Below, piece by piece: positions 27,262 to 40,200 of a stretch of DNA of 64,000 bases. The notes under the pieces are model-generated. The model saw only the letters and a list, made by a program, of their open reading frames with translations, had not been told where the DNA came from and searched no databases. The first letter of the stretch is position 1. Each line of letters opens with the position of its first letter. The stretch covers positions 59,024,001-59,088,000 of the forward strand of contig OZ024741.1 in the NCBI GenBank assembly GCA_964016885.1. The letters are read 5' to 3'. Made by a program: the position numbers and the translations under genes. Source of the DNA: Eledone cirrhosa (taxonomy: Eukaryota).

Positions 27262-29084
27262 ATAAATGCTCTGAAATAGCGATATATATGTGAATATAGA
27301 CATAGAATATTCGAAAATATTCTGTATGTTTATAATAAACATTTTGAAGACCTAATCGCTATAGAATAGAATACGTCACGTATTACAATTAGATTCTCGA
27401 TAAAAGCAAGGGAAGTAATCTACGCGTTTCATTCTTGTTAGAAATCATCAGGACTACATATCCAGTGCTTTTATCGAGAATGACACAGCTAGAGACTTAT
27501 AGAATACTTAGCTGTGTACAGGAACTGGTTTGAAAGAGCGGTTGCCGGTCCGGCAGAAATTAGAAATTGGAATAAATGCTCTGAAATAGCGATATATATG
27601 TGAATATAGACATAGAATATTCGAAAATATTCTGTATGTTTATAATAAACATTTTGAAGACCTAATCGCTATAGAATAGAATACGTCACGTATTACAATT
27701 AGATTCTCGATAAAAGCAAGGGAAGTAATCTACGCGTTTCATTCTTGTTAGAAATCATCAGGACTACATATCCAGTGCTTTTATCGAGAATGACACAGCT
27801 AGAGACTTATAGAATACTTAGCTGTGTACAGGAACTGGTTTGAAAGAGCGGTTGCCGGTCCGGCAGAAATTAGAAATTGGAATAAATGCTCTGAAATAGC
27901 GATATATATGTGAATATAGACATAGAATATTCGAAAATATTCTGTATGTTTATAATAAACATTTTGAAGACCTAACCGCTATAGAATAGAATACGTCACG
28001 TATTACAATTAGATTCTCGATAAAAGCAAGGGAAGTAATCTACGCGTTTCATTCTTGTTAGAAATCATCAGGACTACATATCCAGTGCTTTTATCGAGAA
28101 TGACACAGCTAGAGACTTATAGAATACTTAGCTGTGTACAGGAACTGGTTTGAAAGAGCGGTTGCCGGTCCGGCAGAAATTAGAAATTGGAATAAATGCT
28201 CTGAAATAGCGATATATATGTGAATATAGACATAGAATATTCGAAAATATTCTGTATGTTTATAATAAACATTTTGAAGACCTAATCGCTATAGAATAGA
28301 ATACGTCACGTATTACAATTAGATTCTCGATAAAAGCAAGGGAAGTAATCTACGCGTTTCATTCTTGTTAGAAATCATCAGGACTACATATCCAGTGCTT
28401 TTATCGAGAATGACACAGCTAGAGACTTATAGAATACTTAGCTGTGTACAGGAACTGGTTTGAAAGAGCGGTTGCCGGTCCGGCAGAAATTAGAAATTGG
28501 AATAAATGCTCTGAAATAGCGATATATATGTGAATATAGACATAGAATATTCGAAAATATTCTGTATGTTTATAATAAACATTTTGAAGACCTAATCGCT
28601 ATAGAATAGAATACGTCACGTATTACAATTAGATTCTCGATAAAAGCAAGGGAAGTAATCTACGCGTTTCATTCTTGTTAGAAATCATCAGGACTACATA
28701 TCCAGTGCTTTTATCGAGAATGACACAGCTAGAGACTTATAGAATACTTAGCTGTGTACAGGAACTGGTTTGAAAGAGCGGTTGCCGGTCCGGCAGAAAT
28801 TAGAAATTGGAATAAATGCTCTGAAATAGCGATATATATGTGAATATAGACATAGAATATTCGAAAATATTCTGTATGTTTATAATAAACATTTTGAAGA
28901 CCTAATCGCTATAGAATAGAATACGTCACGTATTACAATTAGATTCTCGATAAAAGCAAGGGAAGTAATCTACGCGTTTCATTCTTGTTAGAAATCATCA
29001 GGACTACATATCCAGTGCTTTTATCGAGAATGACACAGCTAGAGACTTATAGAATACTTAGCTGTGTACAGGAACTGGTTTGAA
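27256..29084 (-). repeat. Tandem array of 310-bp hammerhead-containing units (~5.9 copies), retrozyme-like
   Basis: Exact 310-bp period (27256, 27566, 27876, 28186, 28496, 28806); one variant base seen at 27976; minus-strand HHRs at 27415, 27725, 28035, 28345, 28655, 28965. Confidence 0.92.
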
Positions 29085-30425
29085 TCTAATTGTAATACGT
29101 GACGTATTCTATTCTATAGCGATTAGGTCTTCAAAATGTTTATTATAAACATACAGAATATTTTCGAATATTCTATGTCTATATTCACATATATATCGCT
29201 ATTTCAGAGCATTTATTCCAATTTCTAATTTCTGCCGGACCGGCAACCGCTCTTTCAAACCAGTTCCTGTACACAGCTAAGTATTCTATAAGTCTCTAGC
29301 TGTGTCATTCTCGATAAAAGCACTGGATATGTAGTCCTGATGATTTCTAACAAGAATGAAACGCGTAGATTACTTCCCTTGCTTTTATCGAGAATCTAAT
29401 TGTAATACGTGACGTATTCTATTCTATAGCGATTAGGTCTTCAAAATGTTTATTATAAACATACAGAATATTTTCGAATATTCTATGTCTATATTCACAT
29501 ATATATCGCTATTTCAGAGCATTTATTCCAATTTCTAATTTCTGCCGGACCGGCAACCGCTCTTTCAAACCAGTTCCTGTACACAGCTAAGTATTCTATA
29601 AGTCTCTAGCTGTGTCATTCTCGATAAAAGCACTGGATATGTAGTCCTGATGATTTCTAACAAGAATGAAACGCGTAGATTACTTCCCTTGCTTTTATCG
29701 AGAATCTAATTGTAATACGTGACGTATTCTATTCTATAGCGATTAGGTCTTCAAAATGTTTATTATAAACATACAGAATATTTTCGAATATTCTATGTCT
29801 ATATTCACATATATATCGCTATTTCAGAGCATTTATTCCAATTTCTAATTTCTGCCGGACCGGCAACCGCTCTTTCAAACCAGTTCCTGTACACAGCTAA
29901 GTATTCTATAAGTCTCTAGCTGTGTCATTCTCGATAAAAGCACTGGATATGTAGTCCTGATGATTTCTAACAAGAATGAAACGCGTAGATTACTTCCCTT
30001 GCTTTTATCGAGAATCTAATTGTAATACGTGACGTATTCTATTCTATAGCGATTAGGTCTTCAAAATGTTTATTATAAACATACAGAATATTTTCGAATA
30101 TTCTATGTCTATATTCACATATATATCGCTATTTCAGAGCATTTATTCCAATTTCTAATTTCTGCCGGACCGGCAACCGCTCTTTCAAACCAGTTCCTGT
30201 ACACAGCTAAGTATTCTATAAGTCTCTAGCTGTGTCATTCTCGATAAAAGCACTGGATATGTAGTCCTGATGATTTCTAACAAGAATGAAACGCGTAGAT
30301 TACTTCCCTTGCTTTTATCGAGAATCTAATTGTAATACGTGACGTATTCTATTCTATAGCGATTAGGTCTTCAAAATGTTTATTATAAACATACAGAATA
30401 TTTTCGAATATTCTATGTCTATATT

Positions 30426-30436
<11 letters not shown>
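29082..30436 (+). repeat. Inverted tandem array of the same 310-bp unit (~4.4 copies)
   Basis: Reverse complement of the left array; plus-strand HHRs at 29331, 29641, 29951, 30261. Confidence 0.92.
29331..29373 (+). ncRNA. Minimal type I hammerhead ribozyme (representative of 10 copies)
   Basis: GTAGTC-CTGATGA-tTTCTaacaAGAAt-GAAA-CGCG-TA-GATTAC: conserved core, 6-bp stem I, palindromic CGCG at stem III. Confidence 0.85.
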
Positions 30437-30468
<32 letters not shown>

Positions 30469-30647
30469 TTATTATTCCCTCCCCTAAGAAGATAGCTATT
30501 ATAGAGGTGCATTGTTGTTGCTGCAGTTATTGTAGTTGTTATTGCAACATTTCAGATTTATACTAATTGAGTTGTAGTCTATGTATGTCTATATTAGCCA
30601 ATGTGTTTTTCCATTATTTAAGGCACTACAGTTCTATTTAAGAGATA

Positions 30648-32800
30648 ATTTTCTTTTTATTTGCCACCAGGGCATCAAAAAGTTGGACAAGTACAATGGG
30701 GGGAGTTTACATAACAAGGCGTCCTCAATAAGGAGGAGGCAATAACAAAATATAAAAATAAAATAAAATATAACAAAATAAAATTTATAACAAAATCCTC
30801 AATAGAGAGGAGGCGCCTTGGGGGGTCGCACACACACCCGAAAAAAAGTGTGCAACCCTTCTCCTCAGGAGCACAGAGAAGGGGTGCTCCCTTGGTCTTT
30901 CATCTTCCTCACCTATAGTCTGATGTAGAGTGAAGGCCCATTCACACGGGCCATTCTCGCCACTTTCACCCATCTTTCATAAAAACGGCTGGGGTGCAGC
31001 ACCTCTCTCTCCATCCTGATCCTTCTTCCGAAATGATATCGGAAGAAACGGACCAGTTGTTGGCCAGAGAGAAAGGTGTCTGACCTCAGTCCTTTCAGAC
31101 GCGTCCACCATACAACCTCTTTCGCCATGGCTATTACGCACAGAAACACCGCCTCTCCTTCATTTTTGAAGAGGGGAGGCGGCTTGATCGTTACAATAGA
31201 CTCGGTGGTCAACCGGATTGGTCCCACCCTTGACAGCAGTTGTTCGACATAGCCCCACAGATCGGCAATGTCTGAGCAGTGTACCAATGCGTGTGCAACG
31301 GTTTCCTCGTCGCACACGCATCTGGGACAGATCTTTTTCGAGGGGTCCCTACCCGGGCGCCCGTGTCTGTAGAGCCTTTCTCGAACGGGCAGAGCCCCTC
31401 GGTAGCACTGCCAGGCCAGGGACCTCTGGAAGTTATCCATGGGTCCCGGGCTGAATGTCCTACCGAACAGGTTGGCCAGTTCGTCTTCCTCCATGCCTAG
31501 AGCTTCTCCGAGGGCGTCGTCGCACCTGCTAACCCCCAGCCCTCTATAGAATGACGAGGTGGATTCTCCACTGACAGCCGGGTCCGCCTGCCAGAGAGCC
31601 GTGAGCGCCTGGGCACACTCGGTGTGCCAGGCGCCCAGTTTTCTCGGTCTTTGCTTGACCCAGGATTGCAGCTCGGTGAGTGAGACGAGTCTAGGAAAGG
31701 CTCGCCTCACAAATGGGGCCCACACCGGTTGACCGGTGAGGAATACCTGGAGGTGCCGTAGCCTTAATGCGTATTTATGCATCATTAGCCACGGCATCCC
31801 CAGCCCTCCTTTCGAAGGGTGTTGACAGCAGATGGATCTCCTCACCATAGGAGCCCGCTTCTTCCAGAGGAATTGGAAGAGTGCGCGTTCCATTTTGGCG
31901 GCGTTTCCCTTGGGCAAGGCACGACGGTCAGGCGGTAGTAGATGACGGACGCTATATAAGTGTTCTCCACCTCCTCCCGACCTTTCAGGGACCATTTGCA
32001 CTCGGCCCACTTCTGGGTCAGTGCAAACACCCTGTTCGTTACCTCACCCCAGTTCTTCTCCACCTGGAGGTCTGGTCCGAACCAGACCCCGAGCAACTTC
32101 ACCGGGCCCTCCGTCCAGCGCTCGACGACGCCATCGGAGGGCATCGATCTGCCCCTCCACGTGCCGAGTTGCAGACCGATCGACTTGTCCCGGTTCAGCT
32201 TAGCCCCTGTAAACCTTTCGTACTCCTCCAGTAAGGTGCCGATCGCCCCGATTTCCGAGGCCGTCGACACCATTACTGTTACGTCATCGGCGTAGGCTGA
32301 CACCGCTTTCCGCAATCCCAGTTCCAACGGGATGCCCTGCAACAACTCCAACTTCCGCAGCAGTGGCTCTAGAGTCACTACATACAGAAGGGAGGAGAGA
32401 GGGCACCCTTGTTGGATGGACCGCGCGATTTCGAACGGCTCCGAGAGGTAGCCGTTCACCTTGACCCTAGAGCAGATGCGGCTGCTGTGCATGGCATTGA
32501 TCCAGCCCCTGAAAACAGGTCCGAAGCCTGCCACCGCTAGCACCGCATCTAGGTAACCATGGTCGACCCTATCGAACGCCTTAGATTGATCCAAGTTGAT
32601 CAGGGCCCCACCAAAGCCGGGTTCGTTCCCAACCCTCTCTATGATGTATCGCATGAGGTGGAGGTTGTCGTGGATGGACCTGGACGGGATAGCACATGTC
32701 TGCGCATCTCCCACCAGGTTGCCCACGACAAGCGCCAACCTCTTTGCTAGCACCTTGGCCAAAATCTGTAACTCTGTATTTAGCAGAGTTATGGGCCTAT
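30648..32800 (-). mobile_element. L1/Tx1-group LINE, 5'-truncated ORF2
   Basis: RT motifs RPITLLN, DQSKAFDRVDH, QGCPLS, YADDV, LLGVWF; C-terminal CCHC knuckle CPRC...ETVAHALVHC; frameshift near 31910; AATAAA and A-rich end near 30650. Confidence 0.88.
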
Positions 32801-33123
32801 TTAAGAGATATTTGGCTGTTATTTCCTTCACTTTGTGATACCACTTATATGTGCTGGAGGGGAGGTTATGAACAAAATTCAAAATTATAAGTACATTGTT
32901 AAAAACAGGATATCCCCGTGGTATTTGGCGCCCATTCTTCTCTAAGCATAAACATTTCTCTCTTTTAATTGTTATTCGCACATAAGGGGCCATGGATGGA
33001 TGGATGGATAATTTCCAAAGCTATTGTCAAAGAAAAATTCATTGGCATGTGTGTATAATAGGAGGTAATGTAATTGGAATGTAGGACATTCCATAGACTT
33101 TTGTTCTGGTAGAAGAGCTTTAA

Positions 33124-33346
33124 CCCTTTAGCATTTAAACCTGTCATATCCGGCCAGTATCCTCTCACCTTTTTGTTCAAACTGGCTATAACCGGCCACT
33201 CATACTGATATTAAGGTATTGCTTTCAAAATAAATAATATCAAAATCTCATAGATTCGATATTATGTGAGATAATTATGTGAGGTAAAGCCTTTATTTAC
33301 CATGAAAATACAATAGTAAATATAGAGAAATGCAAATGTTAAAGGG
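33124..33346. mobile_element. piggyBac-type MITE copy
   Basis: TTAA|CCCTTTAGCATTT...AAATGTTAAAGGG|TTTA. Confidence 0.75.
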
Positions 33347-33622
33347 TTTAATGAAGGCATTAGAGAACTTGTGTGAATGCTGAACCCAAACTGTTTATGA
33401 CGATGAGTATTCCTGTTGTTTGACCACTGGAACAGCCTGCCTGTGAAACTATTGTACAAGTGGTTGAGTATTTCACTGACATGTGCACCATTAATGTTGT
33501 TTTCAATGAGATTCAATATGATGCAGTGTGTGACAAGGCTGGCCCTTTCAATTACAGGTACAATTCATTTGGAATCATAGTGTAAGTAGTTGAATATTAC
33601 ACTAACGTATATATACCCTTAA

Positions 33623-33838
33623 CCCTATAGCATTTAAACCAGCTGTATCCAGCCAGAATTCTCCCACCTCATTCTGATCAAACTGGCTGCAACTGGCCAC
33701 TCATACTGTTAAGGTATTGTTCTCAAAATAAATAATATCAAAATCTCATAGATTCGATGTTATGTGAAATATTATGTGAGATAAGCCTTTACTGCAAAAA
33801 TCCAATACTATATATAGGATAATGTAAATGCTAAAGGG
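33623..33838. mobile_element. piggyBac-type MITE copy nested in an old SINE
   Basis: TTAA|CCCTATAGCATTT...AAATGCTAAAGGG|TTAA. Confidence 0.78.
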
Positions 33839-34279
33839 TTAATGTAGGTGTGTGACAAGACTGGCCCTTTGAATTATGACTACAGTCCATCTTGTATTAT
33901 AGTATAAGTGGCTGGGCATTCTAGAGACATATGTATGCTTAACATAGGTTTCAGGGAGATTCAGTGTAATACAATGTGTGACACGGCTAACCCTTTGCAT
34001 TATAGGTACAACTAATTTTTTTTTCTTTCAGTGAGTGGATTGAAGCAACTTGTAATAGAGAGTCTTGCTCAAGGAGACAATGTGCCACCGTGAATTGAAC
34101 TCACTACCTTTAAAATCATGAGCCAAACACATTAACCACTCAACTATATTCCTTGATAAGACCGTATATATTTCAGAAGTTAAAGAATTATTCTGTTGAA
34201 ATTGAATGTGAAATGAATTGGTTCCTAAATGTATAAATATTTCACCTCTTCATGTATTCCACTCTCATGCCAGCTACAT

Positions 34280-34437
34280 TCATACACACATACACACACA
34301 CATGTATACATATGCACATTCACATGCACACACATATTCACAAACACGTACACACATATATATATGTGTGTATGTGTGTATATATATATGTACACATATA
34401 TATACACACGTATACTCATGTTCACATTCACACATGT

Positions 34438-34474
<37 letters not shown>

Positions 34475-34988
34475 AATGAAAGTATAGAAATTATATATAT
34501 ATATATATACATGCTCACTTGTACACATTTATATATATATATATATATATATACATGCTCACTTGTACACATTTATATATACACACATATACTCATGTTC
34601 ACATTCACATATACACACATATACTCATGTTCACATTCACACATGTACACACTCATGTATACATATATACATATGACCACATATACACACACACTCACAT
34701 ATATACACATGCTCTTATGTATGCATATATAAACACACATACACAAATTTGCATACACGCATGCAGACACACAGAACAGACGCATGTACATAGACATATA
34801 TACAGAGACATGTGTAAACATAAATGCATGTAAACACAAACATGTACACACACACATATACAGATACACAACACACGTACACATATACACACACACTTGC
34901 ATGTGCATGCAGACACATGCACCCAGACATGTGTATACTCATACATGTGTGTGCACACACACAAATATAGAGGCATAGGCACAGACCT

Positions 34989-35021
<33 letters not shown>

Positions 35022-35540
35022 TACACAGACATACACACAGACACATAGACACACACATACACTTAAAAATCTCCCACACTGTTACAGACATATGTTTAGA
35101 AAACTCACACGCTCACACTTAGAAAATTCACACACATATTCACACACTCAGGCACACATACCGTCACACACCTACACACAGAAAACTTACACACACATTC
35201 ACATACTCAGGTATACACAGTCACACACATATGCTTAGAAAACTTACACACTCAGGTACACACACGATCACACACATATGCTTAGAAAACTTACACACTC
35301 AGGTACACACACAATCACACACATATGCTTAGAAAACTTACACACACATTCACATAGTCAGGTATACACACAGTCACACACATGCACTTAGAAAACTCAC
35401 ACATTCAGGTACACACACATACACTTAGGAAACTCACACATTCAGGTACACACACATTCAGGTACACACACATACACTTAGGACACTCACACATTCAGGT
35501 ACACACATACACTTAGGAAAGTCATACACTCAGTCATACA
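34280..35540. repeat. Degenerate (CA)/(TA) microsatellite grading into a minisatellite (cttagaaaactcacacattcaggtacacaca)
   Basis: Directly visible; roughly 25-45-bp units in 35090-35530. Confidence 0.85.
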
Positions 35541-37269
35541 AACAGATAAAAGAACATAACTTTTAGCGCGCCAACAAGAAGCAGTTTTTGATGAAATTTC
35601 AAATTAAATAGGAAGAGAAAACTAACCTAAAAATAGTATATCTCCTGATTATTGTGTAGGTAGCGGGGGGGGGGGGGGGGGGGGGGGGTAAAGGGTTTTA
35701 TTCATTTTTTTTTTGTCTTCTATCTTGTTATTTCGGAAACAGGAATTAAGCTGATCTTAGATAATAATGAGTAACGAGGCAGAAATGGCTGTCCACTTTG
35801 CTGGGAGCTATTCTAACAAAAGAAACCTTTTCACTCTAAATGGTATGTCGTAACCAGTAAATTGACCGTACTTTATGTAGTTCTTGCAGCAAGTAATATC
35901 TTCAATAACAGACAGAGCATATCTAATTGAAGATATCTGTGGCTGCAAAAGCACAGTTAGAAAGAAGTGTGCTTCTGTAGTGTTCTGAAATTTAGAATAA
36001 AAAAAAAAAAATAAATAAAAGATAAAATAAGATGAAAATAAAATAAAATAAAAAAACATTTAAAATAAGTAATCATTATCATTTTATGTGTGTTTTTCAT
36101 GCTGAACAGGTTGTCACGGTCTGAGATTAGACAGGCTGGGGGAGACCTCATTTTGCTCATACATTCTATATTTTGGCTTGGTTTCTACGGTTGGATACAC
36201 TAGTTAATACCATATATATAAATATAAAATAAAAATACAAATAAAGCATGACTGTCCTTAATTTAATGCTGTGTGTGTTAATGTTTTATATTTAGATCTT
36301 ATTTGAATTAGAGATACCTGTGACTAACTCAAATAGTAATGGATTCTCAACGAAAATAGAATTTTACAGATGGAAAATACACACAACATTCTTAACCAAC
36401 ATATTTCTGGAGTTTTCACAAAAATAACCCCAGTGATAGCACCCATGGTTGGGTTCCTTGGCTTTCAGGCTTTCTCAGCCCTTATACACACACACACTTT
36501 TTTTACCATGTGCAACTTTGTTATTTATTACTGCAGTAAGGCTAGGTGTTCCTTCTTTGGTTATCTAATTGTATACTTCCCTGCACAACAACTCTCCTTC
36601 TTGCTCTCTCTTGATAAAAGTTTATTTATATTTCCCTCCTTCCTGTATTACATATTCTTATTTGTTTACATACTTGCTTTGCTGTCGTAGTTGAAAGACA
36701 TTCCATTGTTTTCCTCTGTCTCTATGTTATTGTGATATCTCATGTGCATCTTTCTGGCAGCTTGTTCAACCCTTCGTGCAACCTGAGCTAGGTACTATGC
36801 AATCCCATCGATATGCATGAAATTGTATTGATCATAGGGCAGCTGATAAGGAAGTTAGTTGTTTTTGTTTGTTTGTCCCACATGTTTAATTTTCTTTCCA
36901 TGTGCAACTTTGATATTATATATATATATACATGTAAACTGTGTTAAAATTCTATGTATCAGCCATTACTTGTAAACTGTGTTAAAAATTCTATGTATCA
37001 ACCATGAGAAGATTTCCGTTATTTCTACGCGTGAAAATCATTACTCTGTGTGGATTTCTTAAAGATAGGTTTTGATTTCTTATATCTCCAAAATTATGTC
37101 AAATAGTATGTGTAACGGCTTCTACAAAAGTGAAAGCTCTCACTTTTCGTAAAGATGGCTGTATTTGTTATATATTTATATATTTGTGTGTATGTGACTT
37201 GTAATCTGTGTTAAAATTCTATGTATCAGCCATGACGGTTCTCACTTCCCACCCCCACCACATTCGGTA

Positions 37270-40200
37270 TACATGCCCGACGCTGTATGCTAACCACTCC
37301 CTCGTGAATATATCATAGAACAGACAAGGGGCGGACGGAGGCTCCGTAAGCTGCAATGTAGGCAACTCGTCTAGGAGAGCTACCACTCCGAATAAATTGG
37401 TGCGGGGTAGAGAAGTCCCCTAAGTCCAGTAAGACAACTACCCTAGTGCTGGTGACACGAATAAAAACACCCAGTCCATGCTGTAAAATGGAGGGGTGGA
37501 TAGGGCCCCTGAGTCTAGTAAGACGACCTCTCTAGTGCTGGTGGCACAAATAAAAGCACCCAGTCCATGCTGTAAAGTGGTGCTGGTGTTAGGAAGGGCA
37601 TCCAACCAGTATAATAAATGCCAAAATTATGAGCACAACAAATAAGAATTGCAACAACTGCGTCAACAGCAATAACACTAACCATGTTAGGGCTGCGCAT
37701 GGTAGTGGCGTGGCTGGTGCGGCCATGTGCGAAAACCCCCCGACCGTCATCAAGCAATCACACAAAAACAACTGCGTAAACAGCAAAAATACTAACCATG
37801 TTAGGGCTGTGCATGGTAGTGGGGTGGCTAGTGAGGCCATGTGTGAGAACCCCACGACTGTCATCAGGAAATCGCACTACAGGAAAAAGAACGAGACGTT
37901 GCATCTCAGAGTTGCCACACTTAATGTTGGCACTCTAACAGGTAGATCTGGTGAGATAGCGGAGATGCTGGAGAGAAGGCAAGGGGATGTGCGCTGTGTG
38001 CAAGAGGTGAGATGGAGAGGTGCCTCTGCAAGACTAATCGCAGGCAAACATCGTAGTTATAAGCTTTTCTGGGTGGCTAATGATGATGGGTTAGGTGGGT
38101 TGGGCATATTACTGGCTGAAAGATGGATCAATAAGACAATAGTGGTAGTTAGAGTTAGTAATAGAATAATTAAGCTTAGATTAGTTGTAGGCAAGAGACT
38201 ACTGACAATAATCTCTGCCTATGCTCCCCAGGTAGGCCTAGGTAAAGAAGAGAAAGACTGCTTTTACAAGCAGCTTTTGCAAACAGCCTCAATGACAGAG
38301 GACAGAGACATCATTATGCTAGCGGAAAACTTCAAAGGACATGTTGGACAGCTCCAGGATGGATACACTGGGGTGCATGGTGGGCATAGTTACGGCTCAA
38401 GAAATGAAGGAGTGAGGTTTCTTGAATTTTGTGATGCAAATGCACTAACCATTTGTAACACTAACTTCCAGAAGCCTACCAACCACCTAATAACCTACAA
38501 ATCAGGCGAGCACATAAGCCAGATTGACTTCCTGCTAGTTAGACAGTGAGACAGACAGATGGTGTCAAATACTAAGGCATACCCATGGGAAGAATGTACA
38601 CCACAGGATAGGTTAGAGAAAGAATGAGACATACAGGAAGGTGTGGAAAAGAAAGGTCTGGAAGCTAAAAGACCTTTCATTAAAATATAAATTTAGCAAA
38701 GCCTTTCAAGATGTGTATTACGAAAAAGAAGACGATTTAGAGTTGTATGACATAGATGATAACTGGAATGTCTTGCATGACAACTTACTGCAGGCTACTG
38801 AAGAAACTTGTGGTTGGGACAGAGCTTCAAACAGACACAGAGTAACCTGGTAGTGGAACAGCACAGTAGATAGGGCCATTAGAGACAAAAGACTGGCATG
38901 GAAGGCTTGGACAAACGGTGGGAGTAGAGAAGGATACACAGTCGCTAAGAGAGAAGCTAGACGTCAGGTGTACTTAGCACGCAGGGAGGCTGAGAGTAGG
39001 AGATTTGCCAATGTTCTGCGACGGGAAGATCAGAGGTGTGCGGAGTTTCGCATTGCAAGGCAGTGTGTCAGTGCAAATCAGGATGTTGTTGGAGATAAAT
39101 GTGTCTGGAATGATGCCGCCGGTGTACTTAGTGTCACGAATGATCAAAAAAGGGAGGCCTGGAAATGTCACTATGAGAGACTGATGAATGTGGAGAACGA
39201 ATAGGACAGAGAAATTACCCTCAGTAGATCCGACAGTCATCAGCTATTGAGATTGATGAATATAGGGTCCAAGAGGCGATTAAGGAAATGAAAAATGGTA
39301 AGGCTGCTGGACCGTCGGGGGTAGTTGCTGAGATGCTGAAGGCATCAGGGGACATAGGTACTAAACTGGTTGCATGCATCATCAATCAGGCTATATATGG
39401 TGCTGTCATACCCAAAGACTGGTGCACCAGTATTCTCATAAATTGCTACAAAGGTAAAGGGGATGCTCTAGAGAGGAGCAATTATAAGAGCATAAAGCTG
39501 ATGGATCAGTTTATGAAAGTGGCAGAGAGAATATTAGCGCAACTGATTAGAGAAAGGGTCAAATTAGATGAGATGCAGTTTGGTTTTGTGCCTCGGAAAA
39601 GTACAACAGATGCCCTCTTCTTAGTGAGGAAACTACAAGAGAAGTTCTTAGAGAAAAATAAGCCACTATACTTAGCTTTTGTTGACCTAGAGAAGGCCTT
39701 TGATAGGGAATCCCGATCTATCATATGGTGGTCTCTAAGGAAACTAGGTGTTGAGGAATAGCTTGTGAGGAGAGTGCAAGCTATGTACAGGGGTGCTGTC
39801 AGTAAAGTGAGAATAGGAATGGAGCTTAGTGAGGAATTCCAGATACAAGTAGGTGTACATCAGAGTTCGGTCCTCAGCCTGCTCTTGTTCATTATAGTCC
39901 TCCAAGCCATAACAGAGGAGTTTAATACTGGCTGCCCATGGGAACTTCTCTATGCTGATGATCTGATTCTTATAGCAGAATCAGTAGAGGAGCTAGAGAA
40001 TACATTCTGGCTATGGAAACAGCAGTTGGAAACAAGAGGCCTGAGAGGGAACCTAGCTAAAACAAAAGTGTTGATAAGTAGAAGAGAGGACAATACTTTT
40101 ATTCCATCGGGGAAATGGCCATGTTCGATATGTACGAAAGGAACTGGCATCAATTCCATAAAATGTACGCAATGCAGATCTTGGGTACACAAGAGATGTA

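Noticed and set aside
27256-30436. CRISPR array, coding repeat, or viroid-like unit with ribozymes in both polarities
   Set aside because: No unique spacers, no ORF, and the HHR core is found on only one strand of the unit
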